A stretch of DNA of 64,000 nt, taken from Bdellovibrionota bacterium. Its GTDB lineage: Bacteria > Bdellovibrionota_C > UBA2361 > OMII01. Under the pieces are notes generated by a model that saw nothing but the letters and a program-made list of their open reading frames with translations, searched no databases and was not told the DNA's origin. The stretch is from positions 21,212 to 85,211 of the forward strand of contig JBIJBE010000011.1 in NCBI GenBank assembly GCA_044345405.1, given 5' to 3'. Numbering within the stretch: position 1 is the stretch's first letter; every line of letters starts with the position of its first letter. Positions 50,681 through 63,030 of this stretch are shown one piece after another. The position numbers were made by a program, and so were the translations under genes.

Positions 50681-51205
50681 GTGGGGACTAGCCTCCTTCA
50701 AAGGTAACAGGCTAGTAGAAAAAGGCTTGTTCCACCGCTCTACAACCCCTAGTTGTTCGCTAACTACTTTATATCCCTGATGTTCCGTTTTTGTAAAGAT
50801 GAAGCGCAGATGCGCCCTTCATGTGTTGGGTTCAACTTCACCTTTGCTGTTTCGCCTCTGTTTTTCCACTCGCCTGAGAACTCAATATAAGGATTAGCGT
50901 TTCTTTTTGTCAGAGGAGAGTTAAGGAAACCTATTCCAGGTTTCAGAGCTGGGCGCCAGTTCAAGCCGGATTTGTGTCACTCCCTCTGCTTTGGAGCTAA
51001 GGCGGGGTCGAACCTTTTCGGATCAGGTTCGGCAAGGACCTTTGATTCTTCAGGGGAGCTTCGAGTGGCGTATTTTGGTAGGTGTCTGCATTATTACCCA
51101 TTGAAATAGTGGTAGGATTGACGTCTACTCCGATTTAGTTTTCGATAGCTCTCAAGGGAGCGGGGCTTATTGAATTCAGGTGCGGAAGCGAAAGGTAACA
51201 ACAAC

Positions 51206-52045
51206 ATGAAAATTAGACGGATTCGTTCTCTTGAAGAATATTGTTCATGTCTCGAACGCTCCCGATTGGAGTCTCAATCTGTTCGTGACCTTGAGTCCTC
51301 TTTGGAAGCTGCGCACAAGGGCACTTTCACATTTCGCGGATTCTCTTATCCAGCAGCGGTGGAAGTTGATTTTCTAGTAGACTACCAATACGGCGTTGGG
51401 GGGCACGTTAATTGGCGAGAGCGCCTGATCTGTCCCATCACGCACCTTAATAATCGTGTGCGTGCGAGTATTCAATTGCTTGATATAGAGCTCGCCCCTT
51501 ACCAAGACGACCTCATTTTTCTCACTGAACAGGTGACACCCTTGTATCAGTTTCTCAAGTCCAGGTACTCGCGGCTTATTGGAAGTGAGTACAGAGGAAA
51601 CGCAGTGATGCCGGGACGCATCGACGAGCATGGGATCCGTCATGAAGACATGACGAGGCTGTCTTTCGAGACCGAGTCGATTGATTACATTATGTCATTC
51701 GACTGTTTTGAGCATTTTCCGGATTTTCAAAAAGCGTTCACTGAATGTGCCAGGGTCCTTAAGCCAGGGGGGCGTATGCTTTGGACCGTTCCGTTTGTGA
51801 CTGCAAGTGAGCGGAACATCATCCGAGCCAGAGTTGTGGATGGGCGTGTCGAACACCTCTTACCACCTGAGTATCACGGGGATCCCGTGAATACCGAGGG
51901 ATGTCTGTGTTTTACACACTTTGGTTGGGACATGTTGAGGCAGGTGCGTTCAGGCGGCTTTTCCGACGCCTATGCCATCCCTTATGGATCCAAGGAATTT
52001 GGGTATCTCGGAGCAGGGCAGATAGTTTTCGTGGCAGTAAAATAG
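51206..52045 (+). CDS. Class I SAM methyltransferase-like protein
   Basis: NWRERLICP, EDMTRLSF, DCFEHFPD, RVLKPGG, PEYHGDP. Confidence 0.8.
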   Translation: MKIRRIRSLEEYCSCLERSRLESQSVRDLESSLEAAHKGTFTFRGFSYPAAVEVDFLVDYQYGVGGHVNWRERLICPITHLNNRVRASIQLLDIELAPYQDDLIFLTEQVTPLYQFLKSRYSRLIGSEYRGNAVMPGRIDEHGIRHEDMTRLSFETESIDYIMSFDCFEHFPDFQKAFTECARVLKPGGRMLWTVPFVTASERNIIRARVVDGRVEHLLPPEYHGDPVNTEGCLCFTHFGWDMLRQVRSGGFSDAYAIPYGSKEFGYLGAGQIVFVAVK

Positions 52046-52103
52046 AACTGTGCTTGGTGCTCTAAGATCTGCTGCAGTGAAGTTGCCTTAGCCTCTGGAG
52101 AGG

Positions 52104-52736
52104 CTAGCGACCGTTTCCAAACTCACCCTCATAATCCCGCATACTCTGCTTAATAACCTCATACGCGGTCTTACGATTGTACAACTTGCTCACCTCAACC
52201 TTCGGCTGCGTCTTAGCCCCTGGTACCTGCTTGTAGGTGAGGAAGTAGTGGTGGATGCGGTCGATTGTGCCTTTAGGCACGTCGGCGAGCTCTTGGGTGT
52301 CGTTATAGGTCTCGTCATTCTCAAGAACGGCGATGATCTTGTCGTCGGCTTCTCCGCCATCGATCATCCGGAATCCGCCGATCGGGCGAGCTTTCACGAT
52401 GATGTCGCTGTGCAAAATTGGCCGTGAGGTGAGGATGCAGATGTCCATCGCGTCGCCGTCGCCGACGATCTTCTTTTTACCGGTCGCTTTGGCGCAGAGC
52501 TTCGCGATGCCGTCACCACATAGGGTGCGAGGGATGAACCCGTAGAGGGTTGGGCAGTGGTTAGAAAACTTCTGTGGACGATCAAGCCGGAGGATACCGG
52601 TCTCTTTGTCGACCTCGAACTTCATGGTGTCTGTGGGAACGATCTCGACGTAGCAGGTAACGAGAGCTGGAGCTTCAGAGCCGGCGGAAACGCCATGCCA
52701 TGGGTGAGCGCGGAATTGTTGAGGTGCGTTTTTCAT
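52104..52736 (-). CDS. ppa: Inorganic pyrophosphatase
   Basis: HPWHG, KFEVDK, YGFIPRT, GDGDAMD, MIDGGEADDK. Confidence 0.96.
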   Translation of the reverse strand: MKNAPQQFRAHPWHGVSAGSEAPALVTCYVEIVPTDTMKFEVDKETGILRLDRPQKFSNHCPTLYGFIPRTLCGDGIAKLCAKATGKKKIVGDGDAMDICILTSRPILHSDIIVKARPIGGFRMIDGGEADDKIIAVLENDETYNDTQELADVPKGTIDRIHHYFLTYKQVPGAKTQPKVEVSKLYNRKTAYEVIKQSMRDYEGEFGNGR

Positions 52737-52790
52737 AGGAGACCATGGTCGATGTATTTGGCGATAAAATCAAGGAGTTGGAGTTTGATT

Positions 52791-53852
52791 TTAGGCAGAA
52801 GGGGCGATCTCACCAACAAAAGTGAGCTCATTTTTGTTGTTGGTGAGCTGCTTGCCATCGAACCACCTCGTTTTTTGGGTGAGGAGGTGTCGAATTTTTG
52901 TGAGGTTCTCAAAGTCCGGCTCCCCTTTAAACTTCACGGTCACGCAGAAGAAGGAGCAGAGTCGTTTAGATAGCCACGTCTCAAGTATTCCGAGTGTGCG
53001 ATCGGGGGTGGTGATCACGTCACAGATAAGCCACGACACCGGTTCTTTGGGGAGCCAGGTGAAGGCGTCACCTTTGACGAAGGTAACGTTCTTATTTCGC
53101 ATGAGCCGCTCGTCGAGAGGGCTTCGATCGATGCCGGTGGTTTTGAGTCCGTGCTCAACCATGACGTGGGTCCAGCCACCGGGACACGCCCCGAGGTCGA
53201 CGCAGGTTTGTCCCCGCTGAGGATTGAGGTGGAAAACGTGGATCGCTTCTCGAAGTTTCTTGAACGCGCGTGAAGGTGGTTCCTTGTCATCGGGGATGTC
53301 AACGTAGCCAGCTGGATGGGGGCTTAGGTTCGAACGAAGCGCTTGCTGCACTTCAGGTAAGGCGATGCTCATGAAGGTGAGGGTGGGGCTCGCGATGACG
53401 ACCTGTACTAAGGGGGCGTTGGGGGAGAGTTCCCGAGAGACCCCTTTTAAGAGGGAGCGTCGCCGTTGCTTCAGGATCGCGGTGACCTCTTGATGGATAA
53501 GACGGGAACGGCTGTATTCTTCGCCTGTGTCGACCGCCGCTGGATCGTAGATGTGAAGGCACCACTCCCCAGGGTTCTCTCCAAGCCCCTCGATAAGGGC
53601 GCTCACGCAGGACTGAGCGATGGATTTAATGGATGTCCCTTCGAGGGGGAGAGCGTTAGGAAGGAGTTGCCGACAGAAGAGGAGTGGGTTTTGCGACAAA
53701 AAGGGGATATCGACCCCGGTAAGCTCTACCACCCCTGGGGCAAGCTGGGTACACTGACAGCTCGATGAGAGGGGGGCGAGCTCCTGGGCGATGAAGCTCT
53801 CCTGTCCTTTTCGAGTAACGCAGATATGTCGTTCGGGCGTCGGTATGGCCAT
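52791..53852 (-). CDS. rlmM: 23S rRNA Cm2498 methyltransferase RlmM-like
   Basis: PPSRAFKKLREA, VDLGACPGGWT, DAF, WLICD, NKNELT. Confidence 0.88.
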   Translation of the reverse strand: MAIPTPERHICVTRKGQESFIAQELAPLSSSCQCTQLAPGVVELTGVDIPFLSQNPLLFCRQLLPNALPLEGTSIKSIAQSCVSALIEGLGENPGEWCLHIYDPAAVDTGEEYSRSRLIHQEVTAILKQRRRSLLKGVSRELSPNAPLVQVVIASPTLTFMSIALPEVQQALRSNLSPHPAGYVDIPDDKEPPSRAFKKLREAIHVFHLNPQRGQTCVDLGACPGGWTHVMVEHGLKTTGIDRSPLDERLMRNKNVTFVKGDAFTWLPKEPVSWLICDVITTPDRTLGILETWLSKRLCSFFCVTVKFKGEPDFENLTKIRHLLTQKTRWFDGKQLTNNKNELTFVGEIAPSA

Positions 53853-54696
53853 ACGTAAAACACATTCGAGTACCACAAAGGGCAAAAGAGGGCGAGGTGC
53901 AACCGAGTATAAACCACCCCATTTCGACAAAGAGGACCGAGTAAAGTACTACGGCGTTCAATGCTGTCTCGCGATCTTTGAAACTCGTCGAAGCGATATC
54001 AAGCGGATCTTTGTTACCCCCGAGCGAGAGGACCTCTTTAACCACGTGCTTGAGTGGGCCGAGCGTAAACGGGTTCCCTTCAAGATAGCTGAGTACGATG
54101 AGATCGCTCGGGTCGCCGCTACCGAACATCACGAAGGGGTGATGATAGAGGCGCGACCGCTCAAGTTGATGACACCGGGTGATGTCCTTAAAAAAGTAGC
54201 GGACCTTCAACGGGGAGTTATCCTTGTGATGGAAGGTGTGGAGAACCCACACAACGTAGGTGCCATTCTTCGTACGGCGTGCTTCTTCGGCGTGAACGGA
54301 GTTCTTCTTCATTCTCAATCCGTCAATTCGCTCTCTGGTGCCGCGTGCCGTATCGCGGAGGGGGCGGCGGAGCATCTTCCGATCGCCTTCATGAAAGATG
54401 GCGCGTCCATTTTGGGGCTCCTCAAATCGCGTGGATGGTCACTTGTCGCGACAACGCCTCACGAAGCCCGTTCGATGTACACCGTGAAATGGCCCAACAA
54501 AATTGTGCTGATGTTCGGGTCGGAAGGCTCTGGGCTCTCGCAGGGAGCGCTTGAGTCCGCGGATGTGCGTGTGGTTGTTCCACGTGTCGGACCACTTGAA
54601 AGTTTGAATGTGAGCGCGGCGGTGGCTTCTGTATTAACAGAAGCCCGGCGTGAGGCTATCGTGAAGGGGCACGTTCGCCGTGTCGCGCTGAAATAG
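53845..54696 (+). CDS. TrmH/SpoU family RNA methyltransferase
   Basis: HHEGV, ENPHNVGAILRT, FGSEGSG, ESLNVSAA. Confidence 0.92.
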   Translation: MAIRKTHSSTTKGKRGRGATEYKPPHFDKEDRVKYYGVQCCLAIFETRRSDIKRIFVTPEREDLFNHVLEWAERKRVPFKIAEYDEIARVAATEHHEGVMIEARPLKLMTPGDVLKKVADLQRGVILVMEGVENPHNVGAILRTACFFGVNGVLLHSQSVNSLSGAACRIAEGAAEHLPIAFMKDGASILGLLKSRGWSLVATTPHEARSMYTVKWPNKIVLMFGSEGSGLSQGALESADVRVVVPRVGPLESLNVSAAVASVLTEARREAIVKGHVRRVALK

Positions 54697-55816
54697 CCGA
54701 CTCATATCGTTTCGAGAGGCGAGCCGCCGCTACGATGGATGCGGACTCCTCAAGGTCCTTAAGCGGCTCGTTTGTAATATGGCGAGCGATGATCTCCCCT
54801 CCGAGTGGGGCTGTAATGAGTCCTCGGCTGCCGTGTCCCGCATTAATAAAAAGACCCGCGTTGCCTTGAGTGGGTAACGCTCCGATGTATGGCATTCGGT
54901 CGTGCGTTGAGGCGCGAAAGCACACCCTCGATGATGTGACACGAAGGTCTGAGATAGGCGGAAAGGTTCGATAGAGTCGAGAGAGGATCTCTGTCGTGTC
55001 CTCATCGGTTGGCGTCTCGTTCATGTCGTTGTGACGATAGTGGGCCCCGATAAAGTGCACTCCGTCGAACGATGGGGTGATGTAGCCGTCGTAGGAGATA
55101 ACGGTTCGAATAGTTTGCGAAACCGGCGATGCTGTGGCTAGCGCGGTTTGGCCGCGGATCGCCTCAAGGGGAACCCACGAGGTTTGGGGAAATGAGGTTA
55201 TCTCGTGGGCTCCACACAGAATCGTATATGTGCCTAGCGCCGATGATCCATCGGCGCAGGTGATGCGCCACCCTGAACCGTCGCGCGAGAATGATGGTAC
55301 GTGCTTTGAGCACCATACGGTGATCGTTGGAGGCGCTGATTCGATGAGAGCCCGGGTAATCTCGCCGGGTGCGCAGAATCCCGCGTCAGGAAAAAAGAAG
55401 CTTGGGGTTGAAACGGTAATTCCAGCTCGCTCGGTGGATTCGCTCGCGTTGAGGCGGAGCATAGGGGAGTCGCCGACGCATTCTGTGGATTCGGTAATGA
55501 GTCGAGCGAGGCGTTTCGTTGCTGGAAGTTGGAGCGCACCGCATTGCTCAAAGAGGTTCAGATCGTGGAGCTCGTTCGTGAGGAGTTCGTGGGTAAATGT
55601 AAATCCACGCGCGTAGAGTTTTCCGGGAGGGGAGGTGTGTGTCGCGACGTATGGCATGATGAGCCCGCGAGCGTTTCCTGACGCTTTTGGGGCGAGGTGG
55701 GGGTGAGACTCGCAGATAAGAACTGAGAGCCCTCGTCGCGCGAGGGCGCGAGCGGTTCCCGCTCCGGCGAGTCCGCCGCCGATGATAATCGCGTCAAAGG
55801 ATGGTGCGGGCGTCAT
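54656..55816 (-). CDS. mnmC: FAD-dependent cmnm5s2U34 oxidoreductase, C-terminal MnmC domain only
   Basis: [43 protein letters not shown]; no methyltransferase domain. Confidence 0.8.
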   Translation of the reverse strand: MTPAPSFDAIIIGGGLAGAGTARALARRGLSVLICESHPHLAPKASGNARGLIMPYVATHTSPPGKLYARGFTFTHELLTNELHDLNLFEQCGALQLPATKRLARLITESTECVGDSPMLRLNASESTERAGITVSTPSFFFPDAGFCAPGEITRALIESAPPTITVWCSKHVPSFSRDGSGWRITCADGSSALGTYTILCGAHEITSFPQTSWVPLEAIRGQTALATASPVSQTIRTVISYDGYITPSFDGVHFIGAHYRHNDMNETPTDEDTTEILSRLYRTFPPISDLRVTSSRVCFRASTHDRMPYIGALPTQGNAGLFINAGHGSRGLITAPLGGEIIARHITNEPLKDLEESASIVAAARLSKRYESAISARHGERAPSR

Positions 55817-56154
55817 GCGAGTTTCGTTCCGTTCGCGACCGGAAATTCGGGACGGGCGAGTATCACATCTCCGTCAGGGCCCACGAAACCGGTGACGAGG
55901 ATCTCCGAGATGAAGGGCCCGATCTGTCGGGGCGGAAAGTTGGTAACGGCGAGAACCTGAGTTCCGATCAGGCTCTCTGGAGCATAGCGGACGGTGATCT
56001 GCGCGCTGCTTTGTTTAACGCCGAGGGGGCCGAGATCGACCCAGAGCTTGTAGGCCGGTTTTCGCGCCTCGGGGAACGGCTCGGCGCGAACGATAGTTCC
56101 GACCCGAATGTCGACCCGTTCGAATTCTTCCCATGTGATTATGTTGTCGCTCAT
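55813..56154 (-). CDS. csaA: CsaA tRNA-binding/chaperone protein
   Basis: [35 protein letters not shown]; ATGA overlap with mnmC. Confidence 0.93.
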   Translation of the reverse strand: MSDNIITWEEFERVDIRVGTIVRAEPFPEARKPAYKLWVDLGPLGVKQSSAQITVRYAPESLIGTQVLAVTNFPPRQIGPFISEILVTGFVGPDGDVILARPEFPVANGTKLA

Positions 56155-56254
56155 GACGTCCTCTAGAAGGGGATAGTATCGTGAGTTAGAGCGCTCTGCC
56201 AATGGTGTGCCAAAAGGTGAGTCCTCGCTCAACGGTCCTGACGACTCTGTTAAG

Positions 56255-56349
56255 GGGAGGGCGCGCATTCCTGCGCGCCACGTCATTGAGTATAGCGATA
56301 GTCATGTGCGATGCGCGATATTTCGGCGACCAGGAATGGTCGCCCTCCC
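56255..56349. repeat. REPIN-like element
   Basis: gggagggcgcgcattcctgcgcgcc ... ggcgaccaggaatggtcgccctccc. Confidence 0.85.
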
Positions 56350-56466
56350 TTGTCACGGGTCGGACGATCTCGGGGATGTACTCATATTTAGCCCCTGGGG
56401 AGGTGGCGCTCTTTGCGCTACAAATACAAGGTATTCATGAGATATCTAACGTAAGGAGCCTTTGTC

Positions 56467-57291
56467 GTGTCTGAAACTCTTATCGCAGTCATTTTAGGAA
56501 TCGTTGAAGGCATTACCGAGTATCTTCCTATCTCGAGCACGGGACACCTCATTCTCTTTGGCGACCTCCTTGAATTTCAAGGCGAGAAGGCGAAGACCTT
56601 CGATGTGGTCATTCAGCTTGGAGCTATCCTGAGCGTTGTCTGGCTCTACTGGCCCCGCTTTATGGCGTTACTTGAGGGGCTGGGCACCTCGCTTAAGAAT
56701 CCGCAGACCGTGTTGGCTCCCGGCTTGCGAGGGGCGGCGGGTCTCTTCAAGTTGGGGCTCGTGACGGGTCCGGCGTTGGTGCTTGGCGCGGCGTTTGGAA
56801 AGGAGATCAAGGCGCACCTCTTCAATTCGACATCGGTCGCGATCGCGCTTGCTGTTGGAGCCGTGCTTATCTTACTCGTTGAACGGTACGGTAAGTTCTC
56901 AGGCGACCAAGATGCCGACACGTTAACGTGGAAGAAGAGCATCGTCATCGGATGTGTGCAGTGTTTGGCGCTCTGGCCTGGAATGTCACGTTCAGCGTCA
57001 GCGATTATCGGTGGGATGGTTGTGGGGCTTTCGAGAAAGGCCGCGGCTGAGTTCTCGTTCTTAGCGGCGGTTCCGATCTTGGCCGCGGCGGCGTTGCACG
57101 ATCTCTTCAAAGCGGCTGCAGTGTTTACCGCCGATGACATCAAGCTCGTGCTTATCGGGTTCGTTGTTTCGTTCTTCACCGCGTTAGTCACCGTCAAATG
57201 GTTCATCGGCATGGTGGGGCGTTGGAGCTTGCGACCGTTCGCGTATTACCGGTTGGTGGTGGCGGCGGTGGTGTTGTGGATGGTGGCGTAG
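56467..57291 (+). CDS. uppP: Undecaprenyl-diphosphate phosphatase (BacA)
   Basis: LGIVEGITEYLPISSTGHL, IQLGA, PGMSRS, AAEFSF, FAYYR. Confidence 0.97.
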   Translation: MSETLIAVILGIVEGITEYLPISSTGHLILFGDLLEFQGEKAKTFDVVIQLGAILSVVWLYWPRFMALLEGLGTSLKNPQTVLAPGLRGAAGLFKLGLVTGPALVLGAAFGKEIKAHLFNSTSVAIALAVGAVLILLVERYGKFSGDQDADTLTWKKSIVIGCVQCLALWPGMSRSASAIIGGMVVGLSRKAAAEFSFLAAVPILAAAALHDLFKAAAVFTADDIKLVLIGFVVSFFTALVTVKWFIGMVGRWSLRPFAYYRLVVAAVVLWMVA

Positions 57292-57292
57292 C

Positions 57293-57414
57293 GGGAAGGC
57301 GACCAGCTTGCCTCGACATAGCGCAGCGAAGGCGGGTCCTGACCGCCGTGCTAGGTGCGGCAAAGGTCGTTTGCCGTGCGCGATATTTCGGCGACCAGGA
57401 ATGGTCGCCCTCCC
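57293..57414. repeat. REPIN-like element with a 31 bp loop insertion
   Basis: gggaaggcgacca[insert]tcctgaccgccg ... ggcgaccaggaatggtcgccctccc; 57377-57414 is identical to 56312-56349. Confidence 0.85.
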
Positions 57415-57966
57415 GTCTGCCGGGTCGTTTTGATATTCACCGCTCGGGTCGCCACGACATGACACATCACACGCACCGAGTATCGCGCTTAAGCTTTCAG
57501 AAGTTGTAGGGGAAGATTTGTGAGAGAATGAAAATGGAGAAGGGAAGCAGTTGCGCGAACAAGAAACCAGAAAAAAACGATCTGAAAAAATGAAACCAAT
57601 GTTGCAATGAGAGCCGGACACCAGAGACACCAAGCTTGGAAGCTCTGGAGTCCGACTCAAATGCTCAAAACCGACACAGACAAAGTTGCCCGTGTTAACC
57701 TTATAAGAACCTTAGAAACCCTAAGTTCAGCGCAACGCTTCACTTCGTATGATGCCCCTTGGACAGCTTACGAAGCACAGAAATGCTCCTGACCACCTAA
57801 CCAGTATAAATGGTTAGAGTAATTAATTCAAAATAGTTTTTTAAAAATGCTCTGGTCGGGATGTTTGCTAACATGCCGAAAATACGAGGAATCGTGTGTC
57901 GATCCCGGTTGGGCTCGCCAAGAAAAGCGCACGGCGGGGCCTCAAAGGGTTCCGACTCCCCCCATG

Positions 57967-60750
<2,784 letters not shown>

Positions 60751-60888
60751 CTTCTCCTCGTACGATTGCGGGCAGGTGCGGTCGCCACAATCCGTACCGG
60801 TGGTATCGGCATGGTGCGGGCGTTTCTGAACTATTCGGGCTTCACTGGGCGCTAGTTTTTCGTAGCGCCGCTGAGTCGGAACAGGGGG

Positions 60889-62367
60889 TTACCGTGAGGT
60901 ATCTGGGTATTGAGCCTCAAGCATCGCCAATCTTCGGTCATATGAGACCTGTTGAGCGTCGAGTCCGAGGTGATTCGTGATGCCGGAGAGGAGCCGGAGT
61001 AAGGTCTTTTGGGTGTGATGATCGATGTTGTGTTCGTTGAGAATGCGCAACGCGGTCTCAGCGTTGCCCTTGGCGTCGTTGAGGGTAGTGTGTGTTCCAC
61101 TCAAACAACCGTCGCTATAGGTGAAAATGGAGTAGAGGTTGTGAGCTTTGAGCGCGCGCCCGCGAGACTCGATAATAACGTTATTGTCGAGGTCGTGTCT
61201 CGCGATGCCTAGAGCCGCGTCGATAAGAGCGTTCGAATCGGAATAGTTCCCCTCGACCTGCTCGCAGAAGGCTTGTTGAAGGAACATGGAGCAGCGAGTA
61301 AGTGGCGATACGATCGCTCTCTCAACGATCCGTCGTGCCTGCTCTATCTCCTGTCGGGCTTCGTCATGAAGACCGGAGCGACGCAGGACTTGCGCTCGTA
61401 CGAACTGAATCTGTATGCGGTCCTCTATAGAGAGGTCCTCGCTCTCACCTCTTTCCTGCGCCTTGGTGATCTGTTCTCGATAGGTTTCATCGCATCCATC
61501 ATGCAGTGCCGCGAGAGCGCGAAGGTTCGCGATGTGCCGCTCGATGTGCGGACGTGGTGCCACATCCATCCAGAGCGATTCGGCTTGATCGACAAAACGG
61601 TGAACGTTCCCCATGTCCGATTTGAAAAGGGCGATGTTCGCGAGTGAGAGTAAGGACTGCGTCCTCTGAAGTGGATTGTCGCTGATGCGCGCCGCTACCT
61701 GAAGGGTGTAGCTTGCGACATCCCACCAGCAGTTCTCATAGAGCGCTCCTCCAAGTTCGGTGAGGCGAGAGGCGCGGTCGTGTGTGGAGCTCGGCTCACG
61801 AACGCAGTTGTCGATCAGGCAGAGAAGCTCCGCTTCCGGTCGTCGCATCTCGATGGCGAGGTGAGCCTGGTCGAAGAGAGCTTTGATCACCTCAGGGCTT
61901 CCGGCGCCGAATCGACGCCGCGCGAGAAGGGTTGTTTCGTTAAGCGCCACCGCTGCCTCCACGCGATGTCCCTGCTTCCACAACGAGGCGCCCATAAGAT
62001 TACAGGCGGTGTAGAGAATGTGGGCCCGGTGCGCGGCAGGGAGCGATGCGTCCGCCGCTGACTGGCGAAGCGCTTCTTGAAGGTCTGGAATCGCCGCCAC
62101 GAATTGGTTCGTCTTGAAGAGAAGTTTTCCGCGAGTGAGGAGGGCGAGGATAACGCTCTGCGTAGAGTTCGCCTCCCTCGCCACGGAGAGATGCGCGCTG
62201 GCGAAGGTGAGCGCGTCATCGAGACGGTTCTCCTGTTCCGCGGTTACACTGAGTTGATGAAGCCGTTGCGCGGCATGAAGGGGAACGCCTTTAAGCTCCA
62301 CGAGGAGCTTATCGATGGTCGGCTGCGCGTTGCTCTGCGATGATGAGGTTTGTCGGGTATCCCGCAT
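60889..62367 (-). CDS. TPR-like all-helical protein
   Basis: Repeated helical motifs (RGKLLFKTNQFVAA, MGASLWKQGHRVEA, LGGALYE). Confidence 0.65.
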   Translation of the reverse strand: MRDTRQTSSSQSNAQPTIDKLLVELKGVPLHAAQRLHQLSVTAEQENRLDDALTFASAHLSVAREANSTQSVILALLTRGKLLFKTNQFVAAIPDLQEALRQSAADASLPAAHRAHILYTACNLMGASLWKQGHRVEAAVALNETTLLARRRFGAGSPEVIKALFDQAHLAIEMRRPEAELLCLIDNCVREPSSTHDRASRLTELGGALYENCWWDVASYTLQVAARISDNPLQRTQSLLSLANIALFKSDMGNVHRFVDQAESLWMDVAPRPHIERHIANLRALAALHDGCDETYREQITKAQERGESEDLSIEDRIQIQFVRAQVLRRSGLHDEARQEIEQARRIVERAIVSPLTRCSMFLQQAFCEQVEGNYSDSNALIDAALGIARHDLDNNVIIESRGRALKAHNLYSIFTYSDGCLSGTHTTLNDAKGNAETALRILNEHNIDHHTQKTLLRLLSGITNHLGLDAQQVSYDRRLAMLEAQYPDTSR

Positions 62368-62482
62368 GATTGGTCGGTTTCAACATCAAAAGGTGCCGTA
62401 CGGCTCCCTCGTGGATATCAACCAACGGTTTCTTACTCAAGGTTTGGACGGACAATAGATGGATGAATTTCGACTAGGTTTT

Positions 62483-62941
62483 TTACAAATCCATACCTAG
62501 TTGGCGACGAGCCTCGTAGAGCGCTATCGACACCGCGTTGCTGAGGTTGAGGCTTCGGACGTAGTCTGTCACGATCGGTATGCGAAGGATCTGATCTGAT
62601 GGATACCGTGAGAGAAATTCCTCGCCGAGTCCCTTCGTCTCGCTGCCGAACACGAGGGCGTCGTTCATTCCGAAATCCACGCTGTGGTAGACGCGGGTTC
62701 CGAATTTGGAGAAGAGCCACACCTTTGGAGGTTGTCGGGTTTCGATATATCCATCCCATGTGCCGTGCCGAGCGAGCTTTACATGGGGCCAATAATCGAG
62801 TCCGGCGCGGCGTACGGCCTTTTCTGAAAGGTCGAATCCGAGTGGTCCAACGAGGTGGAGTGGGGTGTCAGTAGCGGCGCAGGTGCGGGCTATTGAGCCG
62901 GTGTTTTGGGGGATCTGGGGTTCAACGAGTACGATATCCAT
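62483..62941 (-). CDS. trmL: tRNA (cytidine/uridine34-2'-O)-methyltransferase
   Basis: EPQIPQNTG, RRAGLDYW, FGSETKGL, RSLNLSN. Confidence 0.96.
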   Translation of the reverse strand: MDIVLVEPQIPQNTGSIARTCAATDTPLHLVGPLGFDLSEKAVRRAGLDYWPHVKLARHGTWDGYIETRQPPKVWLFSKFGTRVYHSVDFGMNDALVFGSETKGLGEEFLSRYPSDQILRIPIVTDYVRSLNLSNAVSIALYEARRQLGMDL

Positions 62942-63030
62942 ACTTCTCGTGTCCGTATGCTTTTCAGGAGGGGTAGAATTTGTAATTCTTGACCGGTCCG
63001 ACTTGTATCGCAGTAGGGTATAGAACCATC

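Noticed and set aside
50700-51200. 66 aa ORF and hairpin (tcgaacct..aggttcgg) in the divergent gap
   Set aside because: TTG start, no recognisable motif, and no tRNA-like fold.
60889-62367. TPR-like protein as a defence or caspase-associated component
   Set aside because: No CHAT, NTPase or nuclease domain, and no partner gene is visible.
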